NCBI GenBank assembly: GCA_965235115.1
Contig: OZ249446.1
Location: forward strand, 7,626,001 to 7,690,000
Direction: 5' to 3'
Length of the DNA: 64,000 nt
DNA from: Laetmonice hystrix
Taxonomy: Eukaryota
The notes under the pieces: generated by a model
What the model was told of the DNA's origin: nothing
Databases searched by the model: none
Seen by the model: the letters and a program-made list of their open reading frames with translations, nothing else
Position numbers and translations under genes: made by a program
In this document: one piece after another, positions 49,655 through 62,098 of the stretch
Position numbering within the stretch: position 1 is the first letter of the stretch
How the letters are laid out: every line of letters begins with the position of its first letter

Positions 49655-50632
49655 CGAGAGCAGTGTGTTGGAGAGTCTGTCTGCTGGGACCGACAGTAGT
49701 ATCCAGGCGGCCGGTTGTCTGACCACTTGATCTCAGAACCTCTAATGATACAAGAAGCCGAGCTCCGTGTGTCCTTGTTCTGGTGATCAGATTCCATCGG
49801 AGACAAATCTCTCTGCAGTGCTGGCACACCATTGTAATGTTAACGTCAAGAAGACTCCCTCCACACGAAGCGATCCTCAATAAAGGGTATTGCACAGCGG
49901 CAGTGGGTTCGCCTCTAATACAGTCCACTTTGGGACATTCAGGGGGAAGCGATCCCTGATATCCCTTACATTGTGCCTCCTGCTGCACCAGCAAAGCTCC
50001 ATATAAGACGAACTAGTTATGGAGCGCCGAGTCTTTGTGCAGACTCCGCCCAGTTAAAGGTTGTGCTTGGCCAGCTCAAGGCTCCATTGACAGGCAGGAA
50101 AGTAGGATGCTTGTCGCTTACGTTCCAGACTTTCATTGCGGCTCTGCAGACAAACGACTTTGACCGGTGAACCAAGATGTGTCTTTGTGGCTGATATAGT
50201 GAGCGTCAGGGGCGTGAGATTTATACATTGGTGTTTGTTAAGACTTTAAAAAGCTCTTTGTAGTAAGCTTTGATTGGTTTTAGCAGAGGACAATGGCAGT
50301 AAAGTCTGCTTGGATAAATGGGACAAAAACAATTAATAGGACATCTAAATGATCAGTAACATTAAGAAATAGTTTATTGTCGTGGACTGAATAGACCACA
50401 TTTTGTGCTCAGTCCATCTGTCTGTAATAGTGTGAAAAAGCAGCTGTGATTTACAAAGCTCTGAAGCACCGTTTGATCATATGGGAACTTTATTTTAATG
50501 TTTTTTGAATGGGAAGGAAGCCCATCTAAAGGCTGGTATTTTTGAGGACTGTGTGTCGGTAATCAGGGTGGGGTTCCAGGGTGTAATCCCCCTTCCAATA
50601 TCACGTATAGGGCTTGCATTAAGCTACACGAC

Positions 50633-50716
50633 CAGCTGTGGATCCAGGGAGGCCCCCAAGCATAGCCCAAGTGTAACCCCCCCCCCCCCGTTCAGAAAAT
50701 CCTGCGCACGGCCCTG
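50633..50716. mobile_element. Degenerate short hAT-like MITE
   Basis: CAGCTGTGGATCCAGG ... poly-C ... AAAATCCTGCGCACGGCCCTG. The ends are only partly complementary. Confidence 0.3.
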
Positions 50717-50755
50717 GGTAATCAGGGGATGTACAACGACCTGGTTTGATGGATC

Positions 50756-51108
50756 GACTGGTACCAGTCACAGAGTCTGACGATCTAACACCAACTGCTT
50801 CCACTGGTACCAGTCACACAGTCTGACGATCTAACACCAACTGCTTCCACTGGTACCAGTCACAGAGTCTGACGATCTAACACCAACTGCTTCGACTGGT
50901 ACCAGTCACAGAGTCTGACGATCTAACACCAACTGCTTCCACTGGTACCAGTCACAGAGTCTGACGATCTAACACCAACTGCTTCGACTGGTACCAGTCA
51001 CAGAGTCTGACGATCTAACACCAACTGCTGCGACTGGTACCAGTCACCTAACACCAACTGCTTCCACTGGTACCAGTCACAGAGTCTGACGATCTAACAC
51101 CAACTGCT
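50756..51108. repeat. 46-bp minisatellite, 7 full units plus one internally deleted unit
   Basis: Unit ACTGGTACCAGTCACAGAGTCTGACGATCTAACACCAACTGCTTCC/G, starting at 50757, 50803 ... 50987, then 51033 (33 bp) and 51066. Confidence 0.95.
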
Positions 51109-53033
51109 GCTTTCATGGAGTACCAGGATGCTCGAGGAGCAGCGGGTTGGCGGGGAGCAGGAACCGATCATCTGAGACTGGGTCGCTGTCACTGTAATTG
51201 ACCAGACAGTGTTGGGTGTTGTCTGTGTGACGCTCAGCCAGAAATTACATGGAGATGTCGACTCCTTCAAGGGAGGCCACTGCCACCCGAGATCTGCCGT
51301 ACAGTCTATTGAGACGTTTTACGTCTGGGGCCCGTGTAAATGGGAGACTGAGCGACACGGCAAGCGGAGGAGAGCGGCTTGCTGTATCCGTATTCTGAGT
51401 GTCAAGGATAGGACCCACCGTGGGACGTTATTATAGGAGTCGGTCCCCGCCTTCAAGTGGCCAATTATAAGAAAATCGTAAACGCGCGAGTTCGATGTGA
51501 AGACTGTCTATAGCGTTAAGCTGAGGGCGCACACAATATCAGGCCAGACTTATAAATTGATAGTTCGGTTAACTTCGACTGTAGATTTCGGAAATTTCGG
51601 GGGCGGGGGGGGGGGGGGCGACGATGCCTGGTGCAATGTTAATGCTGAGACGTCCGCGAAAACTACCGAAAAGTGACAAAAATCGATCAGTATACCATAT
51701 TTTCTGAAAGATTGGACTGTAACTATAGGCTGTGTCGACCTGAAAAAATGGACGCATGAGGGATGGGAGCTTGGCACGAACCCTGAATTACTTCCGGTTT
51801 TTTTCTTCTTTTTTTACCGCCGCCGACTAAGTATGTTTTCTGTCCCAAAGTTTCGTAAACCGAACGTCAAATAAGTTTGGCCTAAGACATTGAATCATGA
51901 CACATCACTAGGCCAACTCATTGTTCAGTTCAACAATTATCTGTAACGAGCCGTGGTCGGATAGGGCGGAGGTAGACCCGACTGATGAATCTACTCCCCT
52001 GGTCAAATGTAGCAGTGGATGCAACCATTACCACCGACCATTTCTGTCGTCAGTGACTGGTCGCCTGATGTATCGCTATTATCACACCACTGAGATGGGA
52101 AATGATGACGTGACTGACCATCTTATTCCTTGTATCTAGAGAACCCATCAGCTCCGCCAGTCAATGTTGCGAGGCCAATAACGCAGCATGGACACTGCCA
52201 GCGATGCCCTTCAAGATAGGATGATTCGCCGGGTGGCCGTACTAAATTCTGTGATAAAATTGCAGACAAAGTGTGTCCTTTTCACATTGTATTTATAGGT
52301 CTGAAATTGCCCATTTAAAGGGTTACGTGTTCACTTCTCAAGAGTATGTAAAGGATGACTTGAGAGGGAACGATAGCTGTCTATGGCTTCAGGTGAAAAC
52401 AAGATGTTCGCTGTAGGGCTGCTTTGTCTGAAGTTGGCGGCAGCAGAGGAAAAATAACAATGCCTACATAGAACGCCACAGTACGAGGCAGTCCGCTGGC
52501 GTGTAAACCCTTACTCAGTAAATTATTACATGGCAGCAGCAATGGGTGTTTTAAGCAATCGAACAAACAGAAAAGCTCTTAGGTTCATTCTGAAAGTAGT
52601 CATTTCCCTGAGTCACATCTCCGTGTTCAGCATTGAAGGATTTTTATCCAGAGAAACTAGAAGAGTTGAATTATTGTTAAAATCATAGGTTCTGTCATGA
52701 ATTAGAAGGTTGCCTGGAGCGAAACTTCTCAGAGGAAAGTCTTTTAACAAAAATGATAACTGAATAATGTCGGATCTATAGGATGTTTCCGCACACGCTG
52801 TCGGTGTGTATCAGCCTGGGAGATTTGAAGCCGGTAAAGGCAGTTAGTGTTTCAGGTCAGCCATCTAAAGGTGCCCAGGCACCAAATGATAAATTGCTGA
52901 ATGTAGCATTCGGTTTAACAGATCAGGAGTGCAGCCTGAAACATCGAATCTCAACGTTTCCAAATCGGTTTAAAGGATGAAGACAATGCTAACAGAAGGG
53001 TTTGGCTAATATGGTTGAGTCATTTCACTGTAG

Positions 53034-53066
53034 AACTTTTACCATGTATAACACAATGAGAAGAAG
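53034..53066 (+). other. Exon-like 33-nt segment
   Basis: Acceptor catttcactgtag| and strong donor aag|gtaagt. One open frame (TFTMYNTMRR). Confidence 0.25.
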
Positions 53067-53069
53067 GTA

Positions 53070-53183
53070 AGTTTGACCGTAAGTAGACGACGTACATGAC
53101 GTTGGCAGAGAGGGTCGGAGCTGTAGTTTGACCGTAAGTAGACCTCGTACATGACGTTGGCAGAGAGGGTCGGAGCTGTAGTT
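53070..53183. repeat. 55-bp tandem duplication
   Basis: GTTTGACCGTAAGTAGAC..CGTACATGACGTTGGCAGAGAGGGTCGGAGCTGTA at 53071 and 53126. Confidence 0.9.
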
Positions 53184-54777
53184 CTCAACCTCGTACAGGA
53201 GGCACACGTCTCATCCAGCTGGGTCGACTGTAAACCCTGTGACAACATTATTCAACTCTAACATGCACAGCTCTAAAATCCTCCCGGGTGTTGATTTTTT
53301 TCGTTGAGCCATCGTATGGCGCAGTGTTAAATGTCTGGCATACCGACATAGAACAAGTGAAGGTTTTTTTCTCTCTCTCCTTTTTTCGTAAATCTCCAGC
53401 TGCTAGAGCTACGGTTGTCTCGCCATGCCCGGCAAGCGTCAGCTGTTCGGGGTTAACATGCAGCTCAGGCTATAATTTAAACACAAGCCATGTTATGGAA
53501 GGAAACAGAATAGGGATGACAACGAACCTATTGACTATTGAAACTATTGAGACAATGGTGTGAAATAGGGATGCGCAAACTCAACATTGAGCCCTTCTCA
53601 TATAGAAAACTATCAAGTTTAGAGAAGTTCAGAACAGGAGAAGACCGTTATGCAGCTGCTCCTCCATGAATTCTGACACGATATTGGCCTTTAAAGTCTG
53701 TGCAAGCGTCTCGGAATGAACAGATATCTAACAATAGTCTGAATTATTTGTGCCAATCAGTAAATACAGAATATTTATCATATTATGGATCAGATAAAGA
53801 CATTTAATAATGTTTGGTTACCGTGTAATATCATAACAAACATGGCTGCATCGGATCATCAAATTTCATTAAGTCAGTATTATTAAACAAGACAAATACG
53901 ACTGGCTAAATCAGAAGTAGGGCCGCTGGCATTGTTTTAGAATTCATTGGAAAGCTAACACTTAGAATTACACATCGCGGTGAGGTCATTTCAATGAATA
54001 CTTGGATATTGTGACGGACCGGGAAAATAAAATGTTAAATATCATGTTGCAGTGTCAGTTAACAGAGCTTTCTGAAGCTGTGTAATGACACTGCCTCTCT
54101 GTCAAGGAGCAACTAGTGCTATCAGTGATGTCAGTGTGGACCAGCTTCTTCAGCTCAAGGCAGAGAGGAGGAACGATGCAAACTCCAAGTCGGCAGGTGC
54201 CATTGTCACCAGGAAACCAGCAAAGTCTGGTTGAGAATGTCAGGTATACGTGGTGGGACCCTCCTTGTGTGGCGGCTGGCGATGAAAGATGGGATCCAGG
54301 GAGACCCGTCTCACCCTCTCAGATTGCCGGGAGGTTAGACCTTCCCCTCGAACTGGGAGCCATCATTGTCGGTGGGTGCGGTTGACTGACAGAACTAACG
54401 CCCAGTGTACCGTCCACTGGTGGTCCTCTGGTGGACGGACAGGTGGTCCTCGTGTGGCAGGGCCGGCGAAAGTTGGGGACGGGGCGGTACACTGTGAAAC
54501 CATTAAGACGGGGCTGTGAGATCAGGCAATTTGGTAAGGTCTCTTGGAACCCAGCAAGCAATTCCATCTTACTGGCTGAGATAAGGGAGCAAAGGTGGCA
54601 TACCAAAAGGCTAAGGTGGGCTGGAGATTAGCCTGCCATCGAAAGAAACTGAATAAAGCAGTGGGTGTGAAGGATAGAACGGTGATGACCTTGGAGGACG
54701 GGCCTTGGGGGTAGGTCCCACCCAGACAGGGTCTGAGAGACTGCCCGCTAACCAGGGAAACCACTCACAGACCTAGC

Positions 54778-54780
54778 CTC

Positions 54781-54814
<34 letters not shown>

Positions 54815-54975
54815 TGCTCCTGCACCTGCTGCTCCTGTTGTGCTTCCTTTGCTTCTTCTCCTGCTGCTGCTGCTGCTCCTGCACCTGCTGCTGCTGCCCT
54901 TGCTTCTGCTGCTGCTGCTGCTCCTGCAACTGCAACTGCTGCTGCCCTTGCTGCTGCTGCTGCTGGTGCTGCTGG
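54778..54975. repeat. Interrupted (CTG)n/(CCT)n triplet repeat of about 200 bp
   Basis: Source of the poly-L/S/A/Q ORFs at 54.8-55.1 kb. Confidence 0.9.
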
Positions 54976-56261
54976 TAGAGGAAAGCCTTGTGGGGGTGAT
55001 CACAAGCTGGCCACCCGCGCAGGTGGGTGGATGCTGGGTTCCAAAGGTTATATCTACCCCGTGGTCAGACTGATTGAGGCAGTTATTATACCGGTCCGGG
55101 GTCGTGTGGGCAGCCACCTTTCTCTTCTTCTATACCATCAACCTCTTGTCCTGAGGTCATAGATTGCCCGTGCCTTGTTGACCAACAAGTTGTGATTCAG
55201 TTAATGAAAGAGTAAATCCCTTTATCTGAAAGAAGAATGCAGTGGAGTATATTTACAAATTACAAATATTCATATGTCTGTACTTTCGATGTATTTGTCC
55301 ATTATTTATGGGGGTTTCCCTCTTTCTCATTCCGTCCGATTCCACTCTCCTGCGAAACTTTCTCCGGAATATCACTCCTGTGTTAGCATGAAGAACAAAA
55401 TCATTGAGCAGGCTATTATCGCAGTGCGAGCTGTAGATGCATGGCTGGCCACTCACCCCATGGGACCGATTGACGACATTAGGTAGCTAATAGTGCGGCG
55501 GATATTTCAGTTGCGTGTTTGCCGCCGGCCAGGACTCCTACACCCGGGGTAAACGAACGTACGTACAACGGCAGTCCCTGTCACGCGATGGGTGGTGGCG
55601 GCGGCGGCAGGCAAATCTATCCCCCATACAACCTGGGCCGCAACAATAGCATGCCGCTTACAGCAATGGGTTTCACATTCAATGATAACGGGATGTGAAT
55701 TAGTGAACTTTTTCAGGTAATGAGGTGCTAAGTATGTTACGCGTCCTCGGAGCCGTAACTATAACGTGTGACTGTGATAACTTCAGTGTAACTAGTTATT
55801 AGGTGTTTTGTGTCTTGAAACATTCCGCATCGAGTGTTACAGTATTGACGTTGATTGGTGCATCAGGATTAGCCAACACAGCATGACACTTTCTAAAGGT
55901 TACACTGGCAGTAGGTTATTGGCAATACATATATCAGGCAGGAGAGGCTGCTAAAGTCGTGAGTCGAATTTCCGGCAGATCGTAAGAAATCGAGATGGTG
56001 CAAATACATATTGGTAATATGTCATATTGTTGTCAGTGATGAGAAAAAAGTGATACGCTTTCTGTCGGTAGGGAAGTTTCTCAGGTGGTTGGCATCTCTC
56101 CAAGAGACTAATGAGGACGCTATCAAACTACAATAAAGTTCTAAATCCCCCATATGTGATGATTATGGAAAGTCTATGGATATTGGGAGGAGGCAATTTT
56201 GAGGGTTTTTTTATTTGGATTTCCGGCTGGAATAGCTAATCAGGCACGACCTGTGGATGAT

Positions 56262-56427
56262 ATCCCGTTTCGTTCACACCAATGGCAAAAATAGACCTTC
56301 AGATTAGCTCGGACTGATCCCGTTTCGTTCACACCATTGACAAAAATAGACCTTCAGATTAGCTCGGACTGATCCCGTTTCGTTCACATCAATGGCAAAA
56401 ATAGACCTTCAGATTAGCTCGGACTGA
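56262..56427. repeat. 55-bp tandem repeat x3
   Basis: ATCCCGTTTCGTTCACACCAATGGCAAAAATAGACCTTCAGATTAGCTCGGACTG at 56262, 56317 and 56372. Confidence 0.92.
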
Positions 56428-58572
56428 ATAGGTAAAAACTGCATCAAAATGACTTCCCAGCTCAAATGTTACAAATAAAGAAGTCAAGTCATTGATGGAG
56501 TAGCTCCCCAGCCACGTTTCTTCCAACTGTCAGATTTGGGGGCATGGAAGGCTAATGTGTCACCTGCTAGCTAATATCAGCGCCTCCCTGGCCCTGATAC
56601 TGTAATCTATACCGAGGGATTGATTTTTATTCAGTAGGATCACGTGGATGGAATTCTAATAAGCCCCTTAGTATAAATTATATCTGTAACATGATAGATA
56701 TCTCGAGGACATGCCAACAATTGAGGAGCATGTGGACAGGTTGAATATAGGGTGTTTGTAGCTAGCTTTGACAGGCTGGTATAATTAGGATTTCGAGAAG
56801 ATGGGATTGACACAGTGAAACCCTGATATATTTTCAGTGGCCAGAAGACTCTAAGTAAAATCTGAGTTTGTAGAGATTGGGGACGGAATCTCAGCGGTCG
56901 CTGCTAGTAAACCACTCAGTTCAAGCCTGGGATTTTGGGACTCGAATTGCTCTAATTGTTGTGGAAGCAGCCATATACCTTCTTCTCAGTACCTTTGGTC
57001 TAAGGAAAGATCAATGAGCTGACGAAAAAGAGGCCCTCGGCAAAGTTTGCAGTCGTGAAGCAGCTGGAGATGCTCCGTTATTCGGGATTGCTTTAATAAA
57101 GTGCTTCTTCTGGCACCAAAACTATTGATCTTCAAGGTCAGAGCAGAAAAGGCAAGCAATTGAAAGTTTCAATCAGGAATGTCGGCTTAGCTTGTCAAAA
57201 TGGATGCCAGAGTTCAGTAAACCAGAAACTCAGTAGCCTAATCTCATGGAACTCCAACCATGGAAATTACGGCACTGACAAATGCCTTTACTGCCAATAC
57301 GTGTTTGTGGTACTTGGTGACAGCACGGTTGATTAGTTGGGTTTATTTGCCCTGAAAGGGAGTTGGCTTGTTTTCTCTGGGTGCACCAGGGGACTTTGCG
57401 TGAGAGGTCTTTAATTACAGCCGGTCTCTGGTGTTCCAAGGATTAATAAGTTGTGGGGAGGATCTCAGATTGGGTTGATCCAGCTTTCACTTCATCAGTT
57501 TCGAATCATGACATAGGGTCGCAGATATAGTAGTTCTTTTTTTTGGTATCATATCCTTTGTAAAGAAAGTGTCCACAAAATGTTCTAGATAAAATGTTAT
57601 TGAGAAGAACAAGGGCAGCTGTAAAATGTACAGCTCTAGACAGAAAATAGAAAGCTCTCCTTATTGATAAGTTGATCTCCGTACTTGTAGCAGTAACCTG
57701 GGTGAAGTTGGGCAGGCAGGCAGTCAGTCCAACGGTACGTGTGACATTATTGGTGGGAATGTCTGCACCTGGTTCATTCAGTTCAATGTCCAGATGAGAA
57801 GATAAGTCCACGGACGTCGCCTCCCGTCATGTGGCTAGATGAGGTCCGTGGGGACATGTTACCTGGTCATCTCTTCACTTAAAAATATGACAAAACTTAA
57901 ACCAGTTGTGGCGTTGGATATTATGCAGGTACATTCCTTAGTTAGCCCGAGAGGGCGAAAACAGGGACACTCTGGTAACATAGAATAGAGCGTGCATCTG
58001 CTTATAGCAAGCATAGCTTCCAGGTTCAACTTCAAGTGACATTCAAGTTCCCTGGTAGTCTAGTAAAGAATAGTATAGGTGTGTTTTTTCACACACACCC
58101 GACATAGAGAAGGACGATTGGACGTCTGTTATTTGTCTGTCACCAAGACTTGGTAGCACTGAACGACGTGGTCACATCTAATTGTAGTGGAGCCTGTGTG
58201 AAGTAGATGTTTGGGTGTGTGTTGTTGATATAAGCCATGAGACATTAGGTTGATGAGGGGTGACTTTACGTCCGTGTGTATGATCACATTGGTTTGATGT
58301 GCCCAAGAAACCACAAGACTAACGCCATCACACAGCTTATGTAGAAACCATGGCGCTCATGGCCCATTGGTTTCTATTTGTGGTCAGAATGAGCCAAGTT
58401 GCGGTAGGATCCACTCTCCTTCAGCTTGCGTGCACTGTACTTGAACCACTGTAGGTTTTAGATTGTACATGCATGACGTATTATGTGTGTATTACGTGGT
58501 ATATTTATGTGTACCCTGCCTGGAGTGGGTCGGCTCAGGTCCTGTTATTTGAGGTTTGTCTGTGCAGCCTAA

Positions 58573-58770
58573 AGCCGCTTTCACATGCAGTTTACAGCGT
58601 GTGGCATGCGGCGTGCGTTTTTGTTAATAATGTAGCAATTGTAAATCGCCGCACACCGCAAACCGGGGCATGTGAACGGTTACCGGTATATCTATTTTCA
58701 GTTGTTCCATTTCTGCAAAAACGCACGCCGCATGCCGCACGCCGCATGCCGTATGCATGTGAAAGCGGCT
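58573..58770. mobile_element. PIF/Harbinger-like MITE, 198 bp
   Basis: Perfect 17-bp TIR AGCCGCTTTCACATGCA, inner perfect 20-bp inverted repeat GCATGCGGCGTGCGTTTTTG, and TAA duplication at 58570-72 and 58771-73. Confidence 0.88.
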
Positions 58771-58905
58771 TAACCAAAGTTAGCCAGAGATACTGATGAG
58801 CTTGAGGCCTTTGGTTGGAACAGGAGTAGGTCATGTGTTCATGGAACAATATCAGTGGCAACCGTAGTTGGTCTGCTAATGTGTCAAGGGGTCAATGTGC
58901 TCTTA

Positions 58906-58924
58906 TACCGCCCCCTGGCGCCGA
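58906..58924 (-). promoter_or_regulatory. CTCF-consensus-like motif
   Basis: Minus strand reads TCGGCGCCAGGGGGCGGTA. Motif match only. Confidence 0.33.
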
Positions 58925-59061
58925 ACACGGAAATCCTTGCATGGTACTAGTTTCCATTCCAGCTGTCCAACATTAGCGGGCGTAAATTCGTTTTTTTTTC
59001 TGTGTGTGTGTGTGTGGGGGGGGTCTCTGGCTGTGTCTCTCTCCGCGTCTTTCTCCACGTC

Positions 59062-59201
59062 NNNNNNNNNNNNNNNNNNNNNNNNNNNNNNNNNNNNNNN
59101 NNNNNNNNNNNNNNNNNNNNNNNNNNNNNNNNNNNNNNNNNNNNNNNNNNNNNNNNNNNNNNNNNNNNNNNNNNNNNNNNNNNNNNNNNNNNNNNNNNNN
59201 N
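59062..59201. other. Assembly gap (140 N)
   Basis: Run of N. The six ORFs spanning it are artefacts. Confidence 0.99.
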
Positions 59202-60631
59202 TTGTTGGCCATGCATCAGTGGATTTTTGCATACGACACTATCCACTGTCCTTTGTACGTTCCTGATATGACTCCTATGTCAGATTATAAGGTAAACATG
59301 TAAGTAATTTCCTTTTTAATTTAAACTAAACCAATATAAAAGTGTATTTTCGCGAGGTGTCTGAACCGTGTCTAGTGTTAGCCATTTGTCCGGCCGTATT
59401 TAATGTAATGTTTTGGGCCCGGGGCGTACCGGTCGGTCGGGCCCTGTCGGTCTTCATTTTTGTCAGTCCTACATGTTAACAGTGGTCGTCCTGTGGCTGC
59501 GTGGTGACATGGCGGCATATAGGGAACGACAGGCAAGGTCATTTCCTAGACATAACTTCTTCTGAGTGGAACACGGCACGTTGATGGACAAGTAAACGGC
59601 AATTCCGTCCACGTGATGCCTGGCTCATTGCCATAGCAACAAGTGAGAATGACGGATCGACCACTTTGGATACATAGTGAAAACAACTATAGGAGGAAGG
59701 CTTGGTTGTGTCTTTGGGACCGGGAGCACATACTATAAGCAATGGCAAGCCTAATGACAGTTACGTAAATGTATGTCTTTAGATCATGTATGGTTACATG
59801 TTTGTGAGGAAGGGAGCAGAGGTAGACCTCAGGTTAATCACACGTGTAACCATAGCGTTGAGACGTGTAATAACTCAAATACTGGGACATTCTATGGATA
59901 TGTAGAACCAACAGATTTATGACATATTACCCTAAGGTTGGGGCGAGTGTTGAGACGTTGACAAGGGGCGTTATGGTTTATATGGGCAGACCGGTGATTG
60001 GTTATACAGAGACCGACCAGAATTATAGGGATACCCGCCTCAGGATACTCGGCCCAGATGATTTCTTTTTAAAATACCAAGCTTCTGTAGTTTACGCAGT
60101 TTATTGGATGGAAATGGGTGGAAATGTTAGTGATAATTTTTCTGATCCCGGGGTGAGGAGCCGCCATGGTCCGTGGTAGCAAAGGTGAGCAGTTTGAAGG
60201 TCCGTGTGTCGACTGTGGCCGCGGTAGAACCTGTAGAATGTGAAGGCGAGGGAAGCTGTTAGGCTGGGGCACGGAGGTGGAGGAGGTTTGGGGGTGGTGT
60301 GGGGGAGGGGGGGGGCTGGCCGGCAGGCAGACCGTCGACTTCCCGCCGAGATTTGTTCCAGACCATCCTGTTCGATCAGCGGCATGTCGTCATTAGAGAC
60401 AACCACCGCCCAACACTGGGTTCATTACGGTTCGCGCTGCTCGATCTGCTCGCTGTGACATCTCCAGGAGGCAGTCCTTTCCTGCACTTCTTATAGGTCA
60501 TCTACATCATAAGTTAGCCACAGATCGGTCATGGATACCAGTTTTTTTAGCGTTGCTGTAGGGGTTGAAGAGATTTTGCCGGTTGAAATAGTGTTTTCGG
60601 TATTAAAAAGTGAGGTGACTGTAAGTGCCGG

Positions 60632-61011
60632 GTGTGTGTATCTCAGGGTGTAGGGTGTCAAACACATGTATTGATATATGATTGTGTGTGTTTTGTGTGT
60701 GTATCTCAGGGTGTAGGGTGTCAAACACATGTATTGATATATGATTGTGTGTGTTTTATGTGTGTATCTCAGGGTGTAGGGTGTCAAACACATGTATTGA
60801 TATATGATTGTGTGTGTTTTGTGTGTGTATCTCAGGGTGTAGGGTGTCAAACACATGTATTGATATATGATTGTGTGTGTTTTATGTGTGTATCTCAGGG
60901 TGTAGGGTGACAAACACATGTATTGATATATGATTGTGTTTGTTTTGTGTGTGTATCTCAGGGTGTAGGGTGACAAACACTTGTATTGATATATGATTGT
61001 GTGTGTTTTGT
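60632..61011. repeat. 63-bp minisatellite, 6 copies
   Basis: Unit GTGTGTATCTCAGGGTGTAGGGTGTCAAACACATGTATTGATATATGATTGTGTGTGTTTTRT. It gives the 21-aa periodicity in ORF 60491..60976. Confidence 0.95.
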
Positions 61012-61255
61012 AGGTGGTTTGTCAATTTGTATGTGTACGAGTGGTCTCCATGGCTGCCACGGTTTGTAGTGTCCATGACCGGATGGTTCACAGCTGTTGA
61101 CGTGTCGAGTTATTCTCCGAGTTATTCCATCCATGCTGATTTATTGACTGGTTATTGACCTGGTATTGACGGGTCGGCCAGGTGAGCATCTGTATCCCAC
61201 AACACATGTCGTAATCCCATCCCTGACCCACCCACCAGCCCACCCAAACCCTCCC

Positions 61256-61615
61256 CTAGACGGCTTGGGTCCTCCTCTGAGGGTGGTTAGCACTAGTAAG
61301 GGCCGTCCTGATGATAGCTACCACCGATGCTGAATTGAGAGGCCGGTAACGGTCTACCATAAAAGCCGGGGAATATTCAGAGTATTTGTAGACCCGGGAA
61401 TATTGACGCCAGGCGTTGACTGGACAATGTGGTGATGGAGGTATGTTGTGAACTTCTAAGGCTACACCTTGGTCGCAATGAAGTGTTTTGGATGACCTTA
61501 TATTGACGACTAGCCAAGCCTGTGTCACTTTAATGTCAGCGCGTGTCAACGTATGTGGACCGCCCCAAGTTGTAACAGAGGGGGACAGTAGGTTGACCAA
61601 CTGTCTGACAAACCT
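61256..61615 (-). mobile_element. Fragment of a DIRS/Ngaro-type tyrosine recombinase (YR retrotransposon remnant)
   Basis: FVRQLVNLLSPSVTTWGGPHTLTRADIKVTQAWLVVNIRSSKT...HCPVNAWRQY...SPAFMVDRYRPLNSASVVAIIRTALTSANHP follows the order R-x-x-NL / LxRxDI / IRxSKT / CPVxA / PxF / PL-x-x-x-x-V-x-x-x-R of DIRS-group YRs. The HSxR and catalytic Tyr region is missing. Confidence 0.75.
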
Positions 61616-61741
61616 TTCATAAACCGTTTGTGGGATCTACCAGTGCATAATATCTATACAATTCTTGTGTAGAGAGATGCGCAATAAGATAGTAAGTTTA
61701 CAGAAACATCAAACTTATTTTTTTCAAAAATGTTAGTTACT

Positions 61742-61912
61742 AGCTATTTCCATTTAACGCCAGATTTGGGCTTTTATGCCTTGCCTTCGGGGAGGAAGTG
61801 ACTGAAAAACCTTTCACACATGCAGCCCTGGCCGGGGATCGAACACGGACCGCAGTGGTTCTAGGGGTCTTCAGCAAACACCTGATATTAGACCAATCGG
61901 CCACCAGAGCCC
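61742..61912 (-). mobile_element. tRNA-derived SINE, about 170 bp
   Basis: Minus strand: GGGCTCTGG-TGGCCGATTGG (A box) ... GTGTTCGATCCCCGG (B box) ... GTGAAAGGTTTTTCAGTCACTT ... CTGGCGTTAAATGGAAATAGC tail. Confidence 0.7.
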
Positions 61913-61919
61913 GTGTGCG

Positions 61920-62098
61920 CATGGATGGCTTATTTGTGGAGTGTAAGCTCTTTATGCCAGAGGTCTGGGGTTCGAATCCAACCCAAGACAATATTTTTTT
62001 TTCTATTTTCGACTTGTGGTAATCTAGGTAAATATCTTTCTTCCACTAGGCAACCTTTATTAGCCTGCTATGACTTGACCCTGGTATGACGTGATTGA
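61920..62098 (+). mobile_element. Copy 2 of the tRNA-head interspersed repeat, head-to-head with the SINE
   Basis: Degenerate A-box-like GGATGGCTTATTTG, B box GGTTCGAATCC, then about 145 bp shared with 45207-45354. Confidence 0.75.

Noticed and set aside
58895-59303. Six ORFs spanning poly-X
   Set aside because: Artefacts of the N gap.
60491-60976. 161-aa ORF with a 21-aa repeat containing C and H residues (zinc-finger-like at a glance)
   Set aside because: Translation of the 63-bp minisatellite; no C2H2 spacing.
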